Positions 60,043 through 64,000 of a stretch of 64,000 nt of DNA are shown here, piece after piece. Within the stretch, counting starts at the first letter, position 1; each line of letters begins with the position of its first letter. Origin of the DNA: Thermoplasmatota archaeon. GTDB taxonomy: Archaea > Thermoplasmatota > Penumbrarchaeia > Penumbrarchaeales > Penumbrarchaeaceae. A program made the translations under genes and the position numbers. Location: assembly GCA_965234725.1 (NCBI GenBank), contig CBDDUX010000014.1, positions 1 through 64,000 on the forward strand, in the 5' to 3' direction. Below the pieces are notes generated by a model. The model was not told the DNA's origin. It saw only the letters and a list, made by a program, of their open reading frames with translations, and made no database searches.

Positions 60043-62001
60043 TCACCTCAATCTGTAGGTTTCAAGGTTAAAGGGTATGGTTGTGGTTATTCCATATTTT
60101 CTATGGATCGAGGAGGCCAGGTCCATCTCTTTTGTCTCATCTCCGTGATGGATAATGATCCGGTTTGGCTTGGGGTCCATTGTGGAGATATAATTGATGA
60201 GCTGTTTCCTGTCCGAGTGTCCTGAGAAACCGTCCACTGTCTCGGCATCGATCTTGAGGCTAACTGACATGGGTTTCCCCTTCTCGGAGATCATTAATTC
60301 TTTCATACCCTTCTGGATCTTTCGCCCGAGGGTTCCCTCTGCCTGGTAACCTACGAAGACCAGGGTATTCTCCCCACTTGATCCCCAGTACTTCAGATAC
60401 TCCATGACGGGACCACCGTTAAGCATACCAGATGTTGCAAGGACAACTGCTGGTTCGGGATCATGGATTATATTGCTTCTCATATCCCTGGAGTTTACTT
60501 TCTGGAAAAATTCAGAAAGGAAGGGGTTTTCATTACGCTGGAATATCTGGGTCCTGAGCTGATTGTTAAGGAACTCTGGATAAGCAGTATGGATTGCAGT
60601 GGCTTCCCATATCATTCCGTCAAGATAGATGGGGGCCCTTGGGATCTGGCCGTTCTTCATCTGTTTTTCAAGGACAATCATCACTTCTTGGGACCTACCA
60701 ACGGCAAAGACCGGGATGAGTACCTTTCCTCCTCTGGAAAGGGTCCTTTTCATCACTGTCTTGAGTTCAGTGGCTGCCTCTTTTCTGGTTGGTTGGAAAT
60801 CTCTTCTTCCACCGTAAGTGGATTCCATAACAAGGGCTTCCAACCTTGGGAACTGGTTGGTAGCAGAATTAAAGAGCCAGGTCCTCTCGAATTTGATATC
60901 TCCGGAATATGCGATGTTGTACAATCCATCTCCCACATGGAAATGAGGGGAGGCTGAACCAAGGATATGCCCAGCATTATGAAGGGTCAGTCTGATATCC
61001 GGCGCAATATCGGTGGTCTCATTGTATTTTATCGGAATTGTATGGAGGATCTCATCCTGGACATGCTTGGATTCGTATGGCGGCCTTTTTCCTTCTGCGA
61101 CTGCCACCTTGATGTAATCAAGTTGCAACAGGGCCATCATATCTCTTGTAGGGGCTGTACAATAGATAGGTCCATCATATCCGTATTTGTACATCAAAGG
61201 TACAAGACCGGAATGGTCTAAATGGGCGTGTGTGATCACCAGTGCATCGATGGAATCGAATGGCTGCACCTCTGCCATCTGAAGATATGGGGAGGGATGG
61301 TCATTGGATCCGACGTTCACCCCTATGTCGATCAACACCTTGGAGTTCCTTGTTGTCAACATATGGCAGGATCTGCCCACCTCCCGGTAGCCTCCAAGAC
61401 TTGTGGCTCTGACCCAGTTCTCATCATCAGGGATGTCCCTGAAGATCCTCCTCCCAACTTTCTTGAGGAAGTTCTTCCTCTTTTCAGTGACATCAGGGTC
61501 CTTCAGGTACTGTCTGATATCCTTTACGCTCCTGGATTCTATTGGTGGTGTTCTTACCACAACAGGAGCCCAACCAGTTCTCTTCTTGATATCATTTAAG
61601 TTGGTACCATGTTTTCCTATGGCAAGACCAGGTGATAAGGCCTCAATAGTGACCTCGTTGGAATCATGGTTGAAAGCGACATCGGTGATCTTCGCCTCCT
61701 CGGGGATGATCTCCTTGATGATCTCACTTGCTTCGTTCACATCCTTTACCAGGGAACTGTGGGGCCTGATGGCCACCCTTCTTTTCAGACCTTGGGCAAG
61801 CTTTCTTACCAGATTGGAATCGTAAACGAACTCATCCATGTTCCTAGTCTTGATCACTACCACTGGACCTTCGAAATCCACTTCGGTGATCTCCACTCCT
61901 TCGGGTACGATCGATTCCACATCTGCCTTGATACGCTTTATAAGCGCCTCATAACTCGTTTTAACCACCCCTTGAAATTCAATAAAAGGGTTACCATCCA
62001 A
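60043..62001 (-). CDS. fttA: Beta-CASP ribonuclease aCPSF1 / transcription termination factor FttA
   Basis: N-terminal KH domains, LGGYREVGRSC, HAHLDH, AGHILG, ESTYG, FAVGRSQE, GFSGHSD. Confidence 0.96.
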   Translation of the reverse strand: MDGNPFIEFQGVVKTSYEALIKRIKADVESIVPEGVEITEVDFEGPVVVIKTRNMDEFVYDSNLVRKLAQGLKRRVAIRPHSSLVKDVNEASEIIKEIIPEEAKITDVAFNHDSNEVTIEALSPGLAIGKHGTNLNDIKKRTGWAPVVVRTPPIESRSVKDIRQYLKDPDVTEKRKNFLKKVGRRIFRDIPDDENWVRATSLGGYREVGRSCHMLTTRNSKVLIDIGVNVGSNDHPSPYLQMAEVQPFDSIDALVITHAHLDHSGLVPLMYKYGYDGPIYCTAPTRDMMALLQLDYIKVAVAEGKRPPYESKHVQDEILHTIPIKYNETTDIAPDIRLTLHNAGHILGSASPHFHVGDGLYNIAYSGDIKFERTWLFNSATNQFPRLEALVMESTYGGRRDFQPTRKEAATELKTVMKRTLSRGGKVLIPVFAVGRSQEVMIVLEKQMKNGQIPRAPIYLDGMIWEATAIHTAYPEFLNNQLRTQIFQRNENPFLSEFFQKVNSRDMRSNIIHDPEPAVVLATSGMLNGGPVMEYLKYWGSSGENTLVFVGYQAEGTLGRKIQKGMKELMISEKGKPMSVSLKIDAETVDGFSGHSDRKQLINYISTMDPKPNRIIIHHGDETKEMDLASSIHRKYGITTTIPFNLETYRLR

Positions 62002-62142
62002 CCATTGATCTTGATATTACTACCCTTTTCAGGATCGGAGTTTCATATAAAGATAATAATCATCGCCCTCAATGGCGAATACGATATTTGGTAAATAATG
62101 GATAATTGGATCGGAAAAACCCGTTCCGGCGGCTCTTATGAC

Positions 62143-62784
62143 CTATTTGATATTTAATTTTTGCTTCCTCTTCTCAAGGTCCTTGGGAGAGAGTGGATTC
62201 CAACCATCCTTTGAAATGACTACTACATCATAGCCATTACCCGAAGCACTATCCCTTCTCATTGCGGCGGTCAGTGCTTTGATGGCAATATCAATACCCT
62301 GGCTCGTGGTCATCCCATCCTGGAAGTTGTCCTCAAGGACTCCGTAAGCGTAAGGTGATCCGGATCCTGTTGCACAGTATTTGTCAGGAATTGACCCGCC
62401 AGCTGCATCAAGGGAATAAATATGTCCCCCCTCTCTGTCCCACCCACCAAGTAATAGTTGGACCCAGTATGGATAATATCTGCTTCCTGAAAGGATATTG
62501 GCCGTGAGGGTAGCAGCTGCCTTGATCGTCATAGCCTGGTCCCTTTTTAACCTGTAGAGTTCTGCCTCTGCAGTAATATACCTGGCAAGGTTCTGGGCGT
62601 CCCCTACAAGGCCCGCAGTTGTCAAACCAATGTGGTCATCGATCCTGAAGAGCTTTTGTGTCTCTGTATGTGCTATGAGGGTTCCCATGGTCGCCCTGTG
62701 CTCCGTTGCCATAACGACCCCATCCTTGCAGACGATACCCAGGGTCGTTGTACCAGTTTTCATATTCTCCTGTTCGTTATTCAT
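62143..62784 (-). CDS. psmB: Proteasome beta subunit
   Basis: Propeptide then KTG/TTT, ATEHRAT, AGLVGDAQ, TGSGSP, RDSASG. Confidence 0.97.
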   Translation of the reverse strand: MNNEQENMKTGTTTLGIVCKDGVVMATEHRATMGTLIAHTETQKLFRIDDHIGLTTAGLVGDAQNLARYITAEAELYRLKRDQAMTIKAAATLTANILSGSRYYPYWVQLLLGGWDREGGHIYSLDAAGGSIPDKYCATGSGSPYAYGVLEDNFQDGMTTSQGIDIAIKALTAAMRRDSASGNGYDVVVISKDGWNPLSPKDLEKRKQKLNIK

Positions 62785-62947
62785 GGGAGCAAGCCTCCTT
62801 TTAAAAGAACTCGCCCTTCATTCTATCCGGTCTATTTAAGGTTGTTGTAACTTGTTTGAAAGTGGTTCATGGACACCAGTCTGGAACCTTTGAAAGGGAT
62901 TATCTATAAGTATACTATCGCTCTAGTATTACCTCCGGAGGAAATCA

Positions 62948-64000
62948 ATGAGATCAAGGTCAATGCTCCCTGTCATTATTCTTCTATTTATCTTATTGAT
63001 GAACATTCCGCATATCGCAACCAGCTCGAAGGAGGACATGGATCCATATGAGAATATCATGCCACTTCTATCACAGATCCCACTATCCTTTGATGGGTAT
63101 GATGGGGATTCAAACGGTGACAGGATCGATGATATCCTGTATGGCGGAGATAAACTTGATTCATTAGATGGAATGATCGGGATAAACGTCCATATGGCTG
63201 GTCCTGTATCGGCAAATGATGTCCGGTCTATTATGGGGAGGGCGAAGACAATTGGACTTGATCCGGTCTTCTTGCGAGTTGGAACCCATACAACGGCCAT
63301 CTATCTCCTTGTTCGGGAGTCTGGTGACTATGAGGATCTCCTGATCGGAGGTGTCAATTTCATAGAATACCGTCCTATGATGGTCCCGTTCCTGGATACT
63401 TCATCTCCGACAATAAGAGCAGGCCCATCTTCATTATATTCACCCTTTTCCGCCGATGACCTCGGGATCACAGGAGAAGGTGTAACGATCGCTATCATGG
63501 ATTCAGGTGTGGATAATAATCATGAATCACTCATTGGAAAATATGAATATGGAGCTGATTTCACTGGAACCACCACATTTTACGGGGTGAATCCAAATGA
63601 TAGCGACGGACATGGCACCCATGTGGCAGGGACGGCCATGGGTACTGGAGGTTCCTCAGAAACATACAGGGGAGTGGCCCCTGGAGCGAGTCTTGTGGAT
63701 CTAAAGATATTCATCTCTTTCGGATCTTTCCTAGGGAACTCCGATCAGGCTTTTGAATGGTTGATAGATAACCATGAAGAAAGGGGAATAAAGGTTGTTT
63801 CCTGCTCCTTTGGTACCACCTCTCCAACTTCCGGCAGGGATACGACCTCACAGCTGGCAAACCGTCTTGTTGATGAAGGGGTTGTGGTCGTCGTAGCCGC
63901 TGGAAATGATGGTACACAAGGTTTGCCCAGTCCTGCATCTGCTGATAAAGTGATCACGGTCGGTGCATATGGTGACCAGGGCACTATTGGAAGGAATGAT
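62948..64000 (+). CDS. Secreted subtilisin-like S8 serine protease (runs off the window end)
   Basis: Not in the ORF track. GGAGG RBS, ATG 62948, signal peptide MRSRSMLPVIILLFILL; frame 2 has TGEGVTIAIMDSG, DGHGTHVAG, GVAPGA, VVAAGNDG, SPASADKVITVGA. Confidence 0.93.
   Translation, partial: MRSRSMLPVIILLFILLMNIPHIATSSKEDMDPYENIMPLLSQIPLSFDGYDGDSNGDRIDDILYGGDKLDSLDGMIGINVHMAGPVSANDVRSIMGRAKTIGLDPVFLRVGTHTTAIYLLVRESGDYEDLLIGGVNFIEYRPMMVPFLDTSSPTIRAGPSSLYSPFSADDLGITGEGVTIAIMDSGVDNNHESLIGKYEYGADFTGTTTFYGVNPNDSDGHGTHVAGTAMGTGGSSETYRGVAPGASLVDLKIFISFGSFLGNSDQAFEWLIDNHEERGIKVVSCSFGTTSPTSGRDTTSQLANRLVDEGVVVVVAAGNDGTQGLPSPASADKVITVGAYGDQGTIGRND

Overview
Archaeal chromosomal window, most consistent with an anaerobic, peptide-degrading Thermoplasmatota lineage. 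Archaeal markers are TFB, rps13-rps4-rps11-rpoD-tRNA-Leu, aCPSF1-psmB, class II HMG-CoA reductase and GGAGGTGA Shine-Dalgarno sites. The window holds many large secreted or membrane-anchored proteins (SBBP/FN3, COG1361-like, S-layer-like glycoprotein, Omp28/thioredoxin-like, clostripain, subtilase), a tungsten aldehyde:ferredoxin oxidoreductase cluster and several tRNA-modification genes. The main oddities are: (1) a coupled leuA-like/leuC/leuD operon with no leuB, in which LeuD is fused to a YrdC/Sua5 domain that keeps its ATP motifs but has lost the threonine-binding residues; (2) a tRNA-Leu(GAG) embedded in structured, tRNA-derived repeats on both sides, whose stems covary and fold best on the antisense strand; (3) a bacterial-type queA-tgt queuosine pair in an archaeon; (4) unusual fusions (dead HNH-GrpE, presenilin with a large ectodomain, Omp28-TlpA-CcdA); (5) a possible pterin/tungsten cofactor uptake module. 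No CRISPR array, integrase or transposase was recognised. All calls come from reading motifs by eye; no database search was run.
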